Shown one piece after another: positions 35,640-44,743 of a stretch of DNA of 64,000 nt. The stretch lies in NCBI GenBank assembly GCA_964425605.1, contig CAYRNR010000033.1:31-64030 (forward strand), written 5' to 3'. The position numbers and the translations under genes were made by a program. The DNA is from an uncultured Rickettsiales bacterium. GTDB taxonomy: Bacteria; Myxococcota_A; UBA796; UBA9615; CAYRNR01. Each line of letters opens with the position of its first letter. Positions within the stretch are counted from its first letter, which is position 1. Under the pieces are notes generated by a model, which saw only the letters and a program-made list of their open reading frames with translations, ran no database searches and was not told the origin of the DNA.

Positions 35640-35689
35640 AAAACGTTGCGTTTTTCGTTAGCCTTGCCTAATCAAAAACGAAACGTTTT
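35640..35689. promoter_or_regulatory. two perfect AAAACG-N3-CGTTTT palindromes in an AT-rich island (operator/enhancer candidates)
   Basis: 35640-35654 (aaaacgttgcgtttt) and 35675-35689 (aaaacgaaacgtttt), centres 35 bp apart, immediately 3' of the repressor gene. Confidence 0.6.
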
Positions 35690-35701
35690 CGCATTTGACC
35701 G

Positions 35702-36358
35702 TCAGGGCTTCTCCGCCTCGGCGGCCTCCTTCTCGCGACGCGCGCGAACTTCCTTCTTGTACTCCTCCAGTTCCCTGTCGACCTCCTCCTGGTACTCGAT
35801 GGGCACGTCGTCGGGCCGCTTCTCGTTGGCCCGCAAGATCAGGTCGATGAGCCGCTCGATGGCCCAGACGGAGGACTCGTCCTTTCGAGCGAGGAAGTCC
35901 AAGGAGGCTGAGGCAATCACCAAGATGTGTGCGTCGTCGTCGAGGGAGTAGTCATCGAGCTTGAGCTTGGCGTCGAGGTCCAGCAGCTTGGTGACGATCT
36001 CGTGGCCGTCCTTCAGCGCCTTCAACTTCTTCTTCTTCCACACTTCGCCATACGGCGCTCCGATCGTCCCGGCGAAGTCGCGGTCCTTGTCGCTGCCGGA
36101 CATCTTGAGCTTCTGCCAACGGGCCAGCATCGCCGGCCAGGGCTTGTGGCGAGAGCCTGTGAGCACCCAGGTGACGTCCTCGCCACGCTCGGCAAGAGCC
36201 ACCAGCATGGAGTGCGAGGCGGTGCGTTGTCCGCGCTCAACTTGCGAGAGAAACGAACCTGAGACGCCAAGGAGGCCAGCAAACTCCTTACCGTTCATTC
36301 CTCTTTGTTCGCGGATAGTTCGAATCCGCTGCCCCTCATTCTCATCGTGCGAATCCAT
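35702..36358 (-). CDS. phage repressor, XRE-family HTH with C-terminal oligomerisation-like domain
   Basis: IRTIREQRGMNGKEFAGLLGVSGSFLSQVERGQR is an HTH_3-type motif. It is divergent from the early operon. Confidence 0.75.
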   Translation of the reverse strand: MDSHDENEGQRIRTIREQRGMNGKEFAGLLGVSGSFLSQVERGQRTASHSMLVALAERGEDVTWVLTGSRHKPWPAMLARWQKLKMSGSDKDRDFAGTIGAPYGEVWKKKKLKALKDGHEIVTKLLDLDAKLKLDDYSLDDDAHILVIASASLDFLARKDESSVWAIERLIDLILRANEKRPDDVPIEYQEEVDRELEEYKKEVRARREKEAAEAEKP

Positions 36359-36378
36359 GCGCTACACCTTGACCGACT

Positions 36379-36690
36379 ATGAAGCATCTGTCATTGTCAT
36401 TGGACAACGCCATGCAAATCGCAATGCCTCCTCGAGAACTTCGCGCAAATCTCGTCCTCAGAGGCGTCACGATTGCTGGCGTGGCCAGAGACCTCGGCGT
36501 CAGCCGACAGCTCGTAAGTGAGGTCGTGCACCAGAGGCACGTTAATCACCGAGTTCGCCGGGCAGTCGCTAAAGCCGCTGGCCTTACCTATCGGCAGGTG
36601 TGGGGGGAGTCCGATCCCAACCGCACCACCGCAGAAGCAACCCGCCCAGAGACTAGCACGAACGAGGAGAAACTCCGAAATGCCAAGTGA
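36379..36690 (+). CDS. Ner/Cro-like DNA-binding protein (HTH_35-like); start uncertain (36379, 36412 or 36424)
   Basis: PRELRANLVLRGVTIAGVARDLGVSRQLVSEVVHQRHVNHRVRRAVAKAAGLTYRQVWG matches the Ner-family pattern. It is the first gene of the rightward operon. Confidence 0.65.
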   Translation: MKHLSLSLDNAMQIAMPPRELRANLVLRGVTIAGVARDLGVSRQLVSEVVHQRHVNHRVRRAVAKAAGLTYRQVWGESDPNRTTAEATRPETSTNEEKLRNAK

Positions 36691-36997
36691 TCGGTGTGTG
36701 CCTACGATCCCAGCACGCCTTGTGGACCATCCAGACTTCCCGTTGTTCTACGACACACCTGTCGAGACCACGATCATCCGCACGGATTTGAAACTGTGGG
36801 AACTCGATTCGAGCGGTCTGGTGCTCGCCAATTGGTGCTGGCCTCCACGAGATGACAGGGACATTTACGACCGCATCGTCGAAGCTCAGAAGACGGACCA
36901 GCCACACGCGATCGAGATCGTCGATCGAATACCAATCAACAGCCCATTGCATCTGATCAGTCGCATCAATGCGCACACGAGGCGGATCTATGTGTAG
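36680..36997 (+). CDS. hypothetical early protein
   Basis: The ATG at 36680 has GAGGAG about 10 nt upstream. 105 aa. Confidence 0.5.
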   Translation: MPSDRCVPTIPARLVDHPDFPLFYDTPVETTIIRTDLKLWELDSSGLVLANWCWPPRDDRDIYDRIVEAQKTDQPHAIEIVDRIPINSPLHLISRINAHTRRIYV

Positions 36998-37349
36998 CCA
37001 CAAGATCCAGGTCGAGGGCGTGTACCCGGCGGGTATGACGTCCCTCCTCCGCGACCTGCTGGTGGCGACCACGGGTCAGCAGCTGACCGTCGAGGCCGAC
37101 CGCATCGGCCGGCTCGTGTACTCCGGCGATGGCGCGCTGTACGCAACGGAGCTGTCCCACGTCGGACGGGAGAACTCCCAGCTCCACTTCACGGTGACCA
37201 TCCACTACGGCTGCGACCACGTGGTGGCCGTGGACAGGTGGGTCCACATCATGCGGCTGCTCTGCGACGACCTGGTCGTAAACGGCCGCGTACCGCGGTC
37301 TACCTGCAGGTGCCCGAAGGCTTCGGGCAAAGGGGAGTGCCATGCCTGA
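36990..37349 (+). CDS. hypothetical early protein
   Basis: The ATG at 36990 overlaps the preceding stop. 119 aa. Confidence 0.5.
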   Translation: MCSHKIQVEGVYPAGMTSLLRDLLVATTGQQLTVEADRIGRLVYSGDGALYATELSHVGRENSQLHFTVTIHYGCDHVVAVDRWVHIMRLLCDDLVVNGRVPRSTCRCPKASGKGECHA

Positions 37350-37665
37350 TTTGAACTCCTCCATCCAGGACGCGTTCCGCATCCTCGAGATGCTGTGCGG
37401 CGAGACTCACCAGGAGTGGTCCGCGCAGCAGATCGCGTCGAGCCTGAGCCTCTCGCTGGCGAAGGTCCGTGTCGCGCTCCACACCATGCACGACCTGGAC
37501 GTGGTCCAGGGCATCCGAAATCCCACGAACAACCGGATCGAAAGATGGATGGTCGGCCCGCGCATTCCGGCGCTGGCTTTCCGATACCAGCGTGCGCAGA
37601 CCCGCCGCCTCGACGAGATCCGGGAGATGTTGCTGTCGATGAACAACGGAGAGGTGACTCAATGA
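37342..37665 (+). CDS. winged-helix (IclR-N-like) DNA-binding protein
   Basis: IQDAFRILEMLCGETHQEWSAQQIASSLSLSLAKVRVALHTMHDLDVV. Confidence 0.55.
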   Translation: MPDLNSSIQDAFRILEMLCGETHQEWSAQQIASSLSLSLAKVRVALHTMHDLDVVQGIRNPTNNRIERWMVGPRIPALAFRYQRAQTRRLDEIREMLLSMNNGEVTQ

Positions 37666-38804
37666 GCGTACGCGATCTGATCGAACACGACGAAGGCGAG
37701 CTGCTTGACGCCAACGGCGAGCACGTCAGGAAGAACCAGGAGATCCACGACGGCCTGAACGCGCTGGAGCTGGCTCGGAAAGAAGAACGCGAGAAGCTGG
37801 CCTTCTTCAGCGGAGGTCGGGACTTCGACAAGGAGCTGGTCACCGTCGAACTTCAGCAGCACGTGCTCCACGGCACCGTCCATCTGTTCGAGGCCGGCAA
37901 GCGCCTGGTCTGGGCCAAGGAGTGCATGGACCACGGCGAGTGGGCGGGCTGGCTGGAGGAGAACTTCCCCTTCAGCCTGCGAACGGCCCAGCTCTGGATG
38001 CGAGCCGCCTACTGCGTCGCAGCAAACCCACGTCTCCGACCTCTCGCAGAGACGTCTATCGTCAAGGTCGCCGAGCTCGCGCGGTTGTCCGAGCCGGACC
38101 TGGCCGAACTCGAGGAGGACGGCACTCTCCTCGGCCGCGACCTGGACGACCTCGACCGGATGAGTGTGCGCCAGCTCAAGCAGCTCGTGCGCGACGAGAA
38201 GGCCGGCAGCGAGGCCCTCGGCGATGAGCTGAGCCGCCAGGACAAGGAGATCGAACGGCTCAAGGCCCGCGTCACCGAAGCCGAGTACTCACGGTACCAG
38301 GACACCAAGAAGCTCCTCGATGAGATCGCCAAGGCCGAGGCCAAGATGTCGATGGCGTGGGCGTACTGGCGCGGGCTCATGAGCAACCTGGACCTCAGCG
38401 TCCTGCCCCCTGACCTGGTCACCAAGATCCGCCAGTTCAGCACCGCGCAGATCTCCGTTGCGCAGTCCGAGCAGCTTGCGTTCCAGGAGGCGGCCTTCGC
38501 CACCATCAAGGCGGTGGACTCCCAGGCCGCTTCCATCCACGAGGACAGCACCGACGAGATGCCGCCGGAGATGGACGAGGTCATCAGCCGCGTCTTCAAC
38601 GCGAACAACGAGCTGCAGACCATCCAGGAGCTGGCCGCCAAGCGCGCCCTGATCCCGCTGACGGAGGAGCAGGTCGAGACCGCGGTGGAGCGCCTCCTGA
38701 AAGTCGGGCGACTGGTGGAGGAGTTCGACGAGCACGGCGAGCTCCGCTACCAAATCGATCCGGACGAGTGGGACAAGATCTGCCCCCCGGGCCGGCGGTC
38801 GTAG
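37662..38804 (+). CDS. DUF3102-like protein with long coiled-coil C-terminal half
   Basis: The ATG at 37662 overlaps the stop (ATGA). GKRLVWAKECMDHGEWAGWLEENFPFSLRTAQLWMRAA is the DUF3102 signature. Confidence 0.6.
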   Translation: MSVRDLIEHDEGELLDANGEHVRKNQEIHDGLNALELARKEEREKLAFFSGGRDFDKELVTVELQQHVLHGTVHLFEAGKRLVWAKECMDHGEWAGWLEENFPFSLRTAQLWMRAAYCVAANPRLRPLAETSIVKVAELARLSEPDLAELEEDGTLLGRDLDDLDRMSVRQLKQLVRDEKAGSEALGDELSRQDKEIERLKARVTEAEYSRYQDTKKLLDEIAKAEAKMSMAWAYWRGLMSNLDLSVLPPDLVTKIRQFSTAQISVAQSEQLAFQEAAFATIKAVDSQAASIHEDSTDEMPPEMDEVISRVFNANNELQTIQELAAKRALIPLTEEQVETAVERLLKVGRLVEEFDEHGELRYQIDPDEWDKICPPGRRS

Positions 38805-38811
38805 CGGTCCG

Positions 38812-40482
38812 ATGCCGATCACTGACGAGCTGATCGTGGGCCTCGCGGCCAAGCTCGACGCCACCCCCCACGGTGGTCGCGGGCCTGTAGTGCAAGAGAC
38901 AGCGAAGCTGTGGGGCGTGTCCCAGGGCACCCTGTACCGCCACCTCCAGCGCGTCCGGCCGTCCGGCCGGGCCACCCGCTCGGACAAGGGCAAGCGGTCC
39001 CTGCAGAGAGACGCGGTCCGCCTGGCCGCGGAGCTGATGGTCCGCACGCAGACCAAGCGCGGCAAGCTCGTCACGCGCATCGACGAGGCCCTGGGCACAC
39101 TCCAGGAGGTGGGCATCGCCGCCCAGGACTGCTCCCCCAGCACGCTGGCGCGCTACCTGCGCGAGGACCGCATCTCGCCGTGGTTCCTCAAGGCGCCCTC
39201 GGCCGCCATCCAGCGTGTGTCCAACCATCCCAACCACGTCCACGTCGTGGACGCGTCCATCTGCCTGACCTGGTACCTGCGCAAGGACGGCCGCGTGGTG
39301 CAGGTGCCCGACGAGGAGCGGGTCTTCTACAAGAACAAGCCCGAGAACTTCCTCAAGTCCAAGCGCAAGCTGTACCGCTACGTCCTCACCGACCACTGCA
39401 CGCACGCGTTCTATGTCCACTACTACTACTCCACCGGTGAGACCGCCGAGGACCTACTCGACTTCCTGTGGCGGGCGTGGACCCCCAAGGACTGCGGCTA
39501 CTACCCGCTGCACGGCGTCCCCATCATCCTCGCTGGTGACCAGGGTCCTGGCCTGAAGGCCCAGACCAACCGAAACCTGCTCAAGACCCTCGACGTCACC
39601 CCGGACCTGCACATGGCCGGCAACGCCCGGGCCAGCGGCTCGGTCGAGGGCGCGCACTACCACTGGGAGCAGTGGTTCGAGTCCAAGCTGCTGCTGTGCC
39701 CGCCGTCCGACCTGGACGAACTCAACGAGCGCGCCTTCCAGGAGGCCGCGAAGATCAACGCCACCAAGCCCATGAGCCGGCACAAGATGTCGCGCTCCGC
39801 GGCCTGGTCGGCCTGGGCTACCGACGAGCACATCCGTTTCTGCCCGGACCAGGACGTCTTCTTCCACCTGGCCGTGCGCGACGCCGAGACGCGGAAGGTG
39901 AACAACTACGGCCGGATCTCGGTGGCCATGCCCAACGTGGGCAAGACGTGGTTCGAGCTCCGCGGCCCCGTGGTCCCCGGCGAGACCGTCGAGGTCCGCA
40001 TCCACCCCTACGTCCAGCGCCAGGTCCGCGTGTGGAACTCCCAGGACGTGGAGCTCGAGGTCATCCGCCTTGAGAAGGGCGAGCACAAGTTCCTCGAGGG
40101 CGGACGGTCCGGCGGCTTTGCCGGCGAGGAGTACGACCGCCACAGGATGCAGGACGCCGAGCGTATCCGGCGTGCCGCCAAGGAAGAGCCCCTGGAGCTT
40201 CCGGCAGCGGCCGTTTTCCGCAAGCCCGCTGAGGACGTCGAGAACCTCGCGTTCCTGGGCGCACCTCGAGGTGGCCGGCCGGCGCTGCGCGAGCAGGCCG
40301 CACAGACCGCCGTCACCTACATGCGTATCGACGTCAAGGCGCAAGCCATCCAGAAGCTCAACCGGTCTCTAACCCGCGAAGAGAGCCGGCTGATCAACGA
40401 ACACACCCCAGGCCCCATCACCGCCGAGGAGATGGAGGCCCTCATCGAGAAGCTGTCTGCAGAAAAGGTGCAGACGGCGTGA
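38812..40482 (+). CDS. DDE (rve-type) transposase, Mu/Tn552-TniA-like
   Basis: N-terminal HTH (WGVSQGTLYRHLQR). Catalytic candidates are HVVDAS, LAGDQGPG and SVEGAH (D..D..35..E spacing), followed by a beta-barrel-like C-terminal domain. Confidence 0.8.
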   Translation: MPITDELIVGLAAKLDATPHGGRGPVVQETAKLWGVSQGTLYRHLQRVRPSGRATRSDKGKRSLQRDAVRLAAELMVRTQTKRGKLVTRIDEALGTLQEVGIAAQDCSPSTLARYLREDRISPWFLKAPSAAIQRVSNHPNHVHVVDASICLTWYLRKDGRVVQVPDEERVFYKNKPENFLKSKRKLYRYVLTDHCTHAFYVHYYYSTGETAEDLLDFLWRAWTPKDCGYYPLHGVPIILAGDQGPGLKAQTNRNLLKTLDVTPDLHMAGNARASGSVEGAHYHWEQWFESKLLLCPPSDLDELNERAFQEAAKINATKPMSRHKMSRSAAWSAWATDEHIRFCPDQDVFFHLAVRDAETRKVNNYGRISVAMPNVGKTWFELRGPVVPGETVEVRIHPYVQRQVRVWNSQDVELEVIRLEKGEHKFLEGGRSGGFAGEEYDRHRMQDAERIRRAAKEEPLELPAAAVFRKPAEDVENLAFLGAPRGGRPALREQAAQTAVTYMRIDVKAQAIQKLNRSLTREESRLINEHTPGPITAEEMEALIEKLSAEKVQTA

Positions 40483-40492
40483 GGAGGAACCC

Positions 40493-41629
40493 TTGTCCGC
40501 CCGGAAACAACCCCGCAAGGCCAAGCGTCTTTGGCTGGAGACCGGCCACAGCGTAGCGAAGCTGGCCAGGCTGCTCGGCTACCGCGGTCCCCACCACGTC
40601 CGCGACGTCCTCAACGCCCGCTACGCGTCGGTCAGCGACGCCACGCGCACCCGCATCGAGAACATCTTCACACGCTACGACATCCCCATCGAGGGGATGT
40701 GGGATCTCGACGACCAGGTCGCCCCCTCGCAGCCCCAGAGCGCGCAGCGCTGCCACGCCATCGCCAACACCAATCCCGACGACGACGCCCAGGAGAAACC
40801 CGTGCGAATCCCCACCCGCGAACAGCTGTCCCTGCAGACGCTCAAGCACTTCGGCCTCGAGGCCGACCCGTTCGACGACATCCCGATCGTCCAGTCCTGG
40901 GATGACCAGATCCGCCAGTACCTGCGAGCGAGCATCCAGCGCGCGGTGCAGGCCAAGGACATTCTGGCCGTCTACGGTGGCGTCGGCTCCGGCAAGTCCA
41001 CCATGCTGCGCCAGCTGCTGCTGAGCCTCGGGGACCGCCAGGTCGCCGTGTGCGCTCCGGCGGCGGTGAACCGCAAGCGGCTCACCGACTCCCACCTCGT
41101 CAGCGCTCTCCTGCGCGACTTGGGCACCGACGACCCGGGGTACTCAATGGCCGCCGAGAAGCGCTCCCAGGTCCTGCGCGAGCAGCTCGAGAAGCTCAAC
41201 GCCAACGGCGTGCTGCCGGTGCTGGTGATCGACGAGGCCCACGACCTCAGCGACCAGGCCCTCGTCGCCCTCAAGCGCATCTGGGACAGCTACACCATCT
41301 ACCGACTGCTCAGCATCGTCCTGGTGGGCCAGGAGTCCATCGAGAAGCGCCTGCGCCACAACCTCGCCCTGCAGGAGTTCGCCGGGCGGTGCCACATGTT
41401 CCGCCTGCCGGAGCTCGAGCCGGCGGACGCCTACAACTACGTCGCCCACCGCTTCAAGGTGACCGGCGGTGACGCCGCCAAGGTCTTCGCCGAGGACGCC
41501 TTCAAGGGCTTCAGCTCCGGCGTCCCGATGTACCCCCTGTGGATCAACGCCATCGCCGTCCGCGCCATGCGACTCGCCCAGGACATGGGCGACGAGCTCG
41601 TCACCACCGACCACATCAACCGCGCCTGA
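40493..41629 (+). CDS. AAA+ ATPase transposition partner (MuB / TniB / ExeA-like)
   Basis: TTG start 5 nt after GAGGAGG. Walker A GGVGSGKST and Walker B VLVIDEAHDL. Confidence 0.75.
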   Translation: MSARKQPRKAKRLWLETGHSVAKLARLLGYRGPHHVRDVLNARYASVSDATRTRIENIFTRYDIPIEGMWDLDDQVAPSQPQSAQRCHAIANTNPDDDAQEKPVRIPTREQLSLQTLKHFGLEADPFDDIPIVQSWDDQIRQYLRASIQRAVQAKDILAVYGGVGSGKSTMLRQLLLSLGDRQVAVCAPAAVNRKRLTDSHLVSALLRDLGTDDPGYSMAAEKRSQVLREQLEKLNANGVLPVLVIDEAHDLSDQALVALKRIWDSYTIYRLLSIVLVGQESIEKRLRHNLALQEFAGRCHMFRLPELEPADAYNYVAHRFKVTGGDAAKVFAEDAFKGFSSGVPMYPLWINAIAVRAMRLAQDMGDELVTTDHINRA

Positions 41630-41639
41630 GGAGGAACCC

Positions 41640-42104
41640 GTGTCCAAGACCATCACCATCGACGACCTGATGAGCAAGCTGGCCATCGCCGAGGCCGAGG
41701 TGCTCCGCGCCAGGGCTGAGGCCGACCGCAAGGTCCAGGAGATCAAGCAGCAGCTCAAGGACCAGACGGCCGAGGACCGCAAGACCATCGGCCGGCTGAA
41801 GCGCCAGCTGAAGGGCCGGGCCAAGAAGGCCTACGAGGCCGGCACCTCCCACCACAAGACCGCGCACGGGACCGTGGCCGTACGCCGCAATCCGCCCAAG
41901 CTCGAGGTCGCGGACGAGCAGGGCACCCTCCGTCTGCTGCGTGCGGCCGGGCGCACCGACCTCATCCGCATGTACGAGGAGCCCGACCTCGACGCCATGG
42001 CCGGCGAGGACGACACGTTCCTCATGTCGGTGGGGATCACCCGCAAGCAGGGCACCACCATCAACATCATCGTCGAGCACGTGATGACGCCGAGGGCGGT
42101 CTGA
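41640..42104 (+). CDS. Gam-like host-nuclease inhibitor
   Basis: GTG start behind an identical GAGGAGGAACCC cassette. N-terminal coiled coil plus a Gam-like C-terminal part (HGTVAVRRNPPKLEV...). Confidence 0.6.
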   Translation: MSKTITIDDLMSKLAIAEAEVLRARAEADRKVQEIKQQLKDQTAEDRKTIGRLKRQLKGRAKKAYEAGTSHHKTAHGTVAVRRNPPKLEVADEQGTLRLLRAAGRTDLIRMYEEPDLDAMAGEDDTFLMSVGITRKQGTTINIIVEHVMTPRAV

Positions 42105-42328
42105 TGCAGCGGGTGCGCGGCGATCAGTGCGCGTGCGGCCAGCCAGCCCTGTCCACTGGGCGGTGCCGCTCCTGCGCAGCACGCCTGGCCAACGAAACCC
42201 GGCGCGAGAACGCCCGGGCCCGAGCCGTCCAGGACCTCGAGCTGCTCGAGGAGCATCTGCGCGGCCTCAAGGCCCAGGTCCAGGCCGGGCTGGATCGCGT
42301 CGTCCAGGTCCGGGAGGCGCTCCGATGA
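42104..42328 (+). CDS. small CxC...CxxC protein with coiled coil
   Basis: 74 aa. The start overlaps the preceding stop. Confidence 0.45.
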   Translation: MQRVRGDQCACGQPALSTGRCRSCAARLANETRRENARARAVQDLELLEEHLRGLKAQVQAGLDRVVQVREALR

Positions 42329-43017
42329 ACGCCCCCCTGCCGAAGAAGCAGTGGGTGAGCGTCACCCGCCGCATCTGGGGTCTGGCCGGCCGGATCCAGA
42401 AGTCGTCTGGGGTGGACAAGGAGGACCTGGTCCGCACCCACGTTCGCAGCGTGTACGGCAAGGCGAGCCTCAAGGAGCTCACACCCGCCCAGCTCGGTGA
42501 GCTGGCCATGTGGTTGTCGCGCCAAGCTGACGGTCTGCCCCAGGCGCCCAAGGGCAAAGCGAAGCCGAAGAAGGCCTCGAAGCCGCGCAAGGTCGATCCC
42601 CGGATGGCCGACGACGACTACGCCGCAGGCGCCAAGCCCAGGCCCACCGCGCACATCACCATCACCGAGGAGCAGCGCAATGCGCTGGACCTCTTGCGCG
42701 CCGGCCTGGGCTGGGACCTCAAGCGGTACCGGGGCTTCTGCAAGCGTCAGGTCGGTTTCGCCTGGCCGCAATCTCGCCGCCAGGCCGTGTCCGTCCACGA
42801 GGGCATGGAGGCCATGCTCAAGCGCGAGTGGCCGGCTCAGCGCCAGTCCGACGTGTTCCGGCTCCTGACTACCTACCGCCCCCAGCTCACCGACTGGGAG
42901 CGCGGCTTCCTCGCGAATGTCGAGGAACGCGCGCGCGCGGGAGAGCTGCACTTCAGCCAGATCGCCAAGCTCGCCGAGATCTACCGCAAGCGGGTGGAGA
43001 CCAACGATGAACGCTAG
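42325..43017 (+). CDS. Mu gp16 / GemA-like protein (DUF1018)
   Basis: VRSVYGKASLKELTPAQLGELAMWL... is typical of DUF1018. Confidence 0.6.
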   Translation: MNAPLPKKQWVSVTRRIWGLAGRIQKSSGVDKEDLVRTHVRSVYGKASLKELTPAQLGELAMWLSRQADGLPQAPKGKAKPKKASKPRKVDPRMADDDYAAGAKPRPTAHITITEEQRNALDLLRAGLGWDLKRYRGFCKRQVGFAWPQSRRQAVSVHEGMEAMLKREWPAQRQSDVFRLLTTYRPQLTDWERGFLANVEERARAGELHFSQIAKLAEIYRKRVETNDER

Positions 43018-43354
43018 CCCCTGGCTCACCCCGGCCGACGTGGCCAAGGCCGCCGGCACGTCCGACCGCCGTGTCCAGCAGTGGTGCGAGGAGGGTCAGG
43101 TCCGCGCGATCCGCATCCGCTCGCTGTGGCGCATCTCTGGCGAGTCCGTGGGCATGGACGCGCCGTTCCTGCCCGCCAGGGGATCGTTCCGGGTGGCGGA
43201 GGTCGCCCGCTGGCTGCGGATCTCCCGCAAGACCGTCTACCGACTCATCACCGCCCAGGACCTCGAGACCATCGAGGTCAGAAACCAACAACGCATCCCG
43301 CGCGCCGCCGTCGAGCTGTTCATCGAACGGGCGTGGGGGGAGGAGCCTACATGA
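43007..43354 (+). CDS. DNA-binding protein with two excisionase/MerR-type HTH_17 repeats
   Basis: WLTPADVAKAAGTSDRRVQQWCEEGQVRAIRI and FRVAEVARWLRISRKTVYRLITAQDLETIEV. Confidence 0.6.
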   Translation: MNASPWLTPADVAKAAGTSDRRVQQWCEEGQVRAIRIRSLWRISGESVGMDAPFLPARGSFRVAEVARWLRISRKTVYRLITAQDLETIEVRNQQRIPRAAVELFIERAWGEEPT

Positions 43355-44115
43355 ACAAGTCCACCACACGCCTGGCCATGGCCCTGACCAACCGAGGCGT
43401 CAACGTCATCAACATCAGCGGGGACCTGCCGCAGGTGAGCGAATACGGCACTCGCGCCCCGGCGGACATCCGCGGCCTGGTCGTCCATCACACCGCCAGC
43501 CGACAGACCGAGCCCTCCCTCGGGTACGCCCGCAAGATCGCCCTCGACCAGATCAACCGCGGCGCCCCCGGCATCCAGTACACACTCGCCGTGGACGATG
43601 AGGGCCAGCTGTTCATCCTCCACGACCTGGTCGTCGCGCCCTGGAGCCACGGTTCGACGAGGCTGCCCGGCGACGAGAACGCGATGTTCATGTCGGTCGT
43701 CTTCTTCGGCGACTTCTGGGATCGCGAGAACCAGACAGGCATCCACCCGCACCCGTCGCAGATGTTCACGCTGCGCAAGCTCGTCGAGGTGTGCCTCAAC
43801 ATCTGGGACTGGAACCCCGCGGTCTCCATCCTCGGGCACCGTGCGCTCACCGCGACCGTGTGCCCTGGCCAGAAGCTGTCCTTGATGCTGAGAGGCTACC
43901 GCAACCCCGAGGGCCCGCCGCTCGAACGCATTGAGGATCGCCAGCAGGCGCTGTGGTTGCTCCGTCACTACAAGGGCGCCATCGACGGCATCTGGGGATC
44001 GAAGTCGGAGGCCGCTCTCGAGGCGTTCCAGAGCTTCCTGAATCCCATGCTGTCGGAGTGGGACGAGGACACCGATCGCGAGCTTCGCACTGCGCTCGCT
44101 CGGGACCTGCGCTGA
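43351..44115 (+). CDS. N-acetylmuramoyl-L-alanine amidase (Amidase_2/PGRP) with PG_binding_1 domain; endolysin
   Basis: GLVVHHTAS...YTLAVDDEGQLFIL...GHRALTATVCPG, plus C-terminal LLRHYKGAIDGIWGSKSEAALEAFQ. Confidence 0.8.
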   Translation: MNKSTTRLAMALTNRGVNVINISGDLPQVSEYGTRAPADIRGLVVHHTASRQTEPSLGYARKIALDQINRGAPGIQYTLAVDDEGQLFILHDLVVAPWSHGSTRLPGDENAMFMSVVFFGDFWDRENQTGIHPHPSQMFTLRKLVEVCLNIWDWNPAVSILGHRALTATVCPGQKLSLMLRGYRNPEGPPLERIEDRQQALWLLRHYKGAIDGIWGSKSEAALEAFQSFLNPMLSEWDEDTDRELRTALARDLR

Positions 44116-44516
44116 TGGGTGCCTGCACAGCGACACCCAGCGGCGTGGATCCGCCCAGCAAGATGCACATGCGCCGCGCCTTCCGGCTCCAGAAGCGCCT
44201 CGAGAGGATCGGCGGCTCCTGGTCTACCTGCCGCGTGATGCGGCTCGACAACCCCAGCCAGACCGCCTGCGACGTGGACTGGGCGGGGCCCGGCTTCTAC
44301 TTCCTGCGCCCCGGGTGCCTCGCCTACGAGATGCTCGCCCCGCGCATCGCCCGCGCTCACCGCGAGGTCACGCGGCTTCAACGCGAAAACGGCTACCGCC
44401 GCATCCCCGGCCCCGCGGCCGAGGAGGCCAAGGAGCTGTTCCACGAAGTGGGCAAGGCCGTCTTGCCCGAGCTGATTCGGGGGCTCTTCAGGGCCGTGCT
44501 GGGAGGTGGGCGATGA
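44115..44516 (+). CDS. hypothetical protein
   Basis: 133 aa. The start overlaps the amidase stop. Confidence 0.5.
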   Translation: MGACTATPSGVDPPSKMHMRRAFRLQKRLERIGGSWSTCRVMRLDNPSQTACDVDWAGPGFYFLRPGCLAYEMLAPRIARAHREVTRLQRENGYRRIPGPAAEEAKELFHEVGKAVLPELIRGLFRAVLGGGR

Positions 44517-44743
44517 GCAAGCGACCGTGGTGGAAGCCACCGTTGATCAGCGGCGACGACTTCATTGACGACAGTCTCGATGACGTTGAGGTGCCCATGT
44601 CTGATTTCCGCTGCAAGGAGTGTCACAGCACCGGCGACTGTCCGGAGTGCAACGACCTGGCGGTCTCGAACTGCTCCACCTGCAACGGCACCGGCCGCTG
44701 CCCCCACTGCAACAGCGACAGCACGGCCGTGGCGCTCCGATGA
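44513..44743 (+). CDS. DnaJ-type zinc-finger (CxxCxGxG-like) small protein
   Basis: CKECHSTGDCPECN...CSTCNGTGRCPHCN. Confidence 0.55.
   Translation: MSKRPWWKPPLISGDDFIDDSLDDVEVPMSDFRCKECHSTGDCPECNDLAVSNCSTCNGTGRCPHCNSDSTAVALR

Noticed and set aside
35581-35700. Idea that the CGAAAA-rich AT island next to the repressor is a true Mu-type phage end (attL), making 35.6-50.2 kb a separate element
   Set aside because: Mu-type late genes continue immediately to the left in a tightly packed operon, and the whole 38-kb block is bracketed by the 28-nt repeats. An internal operator or enhancer role fits better. I cannot exclude an ancestral inversion.
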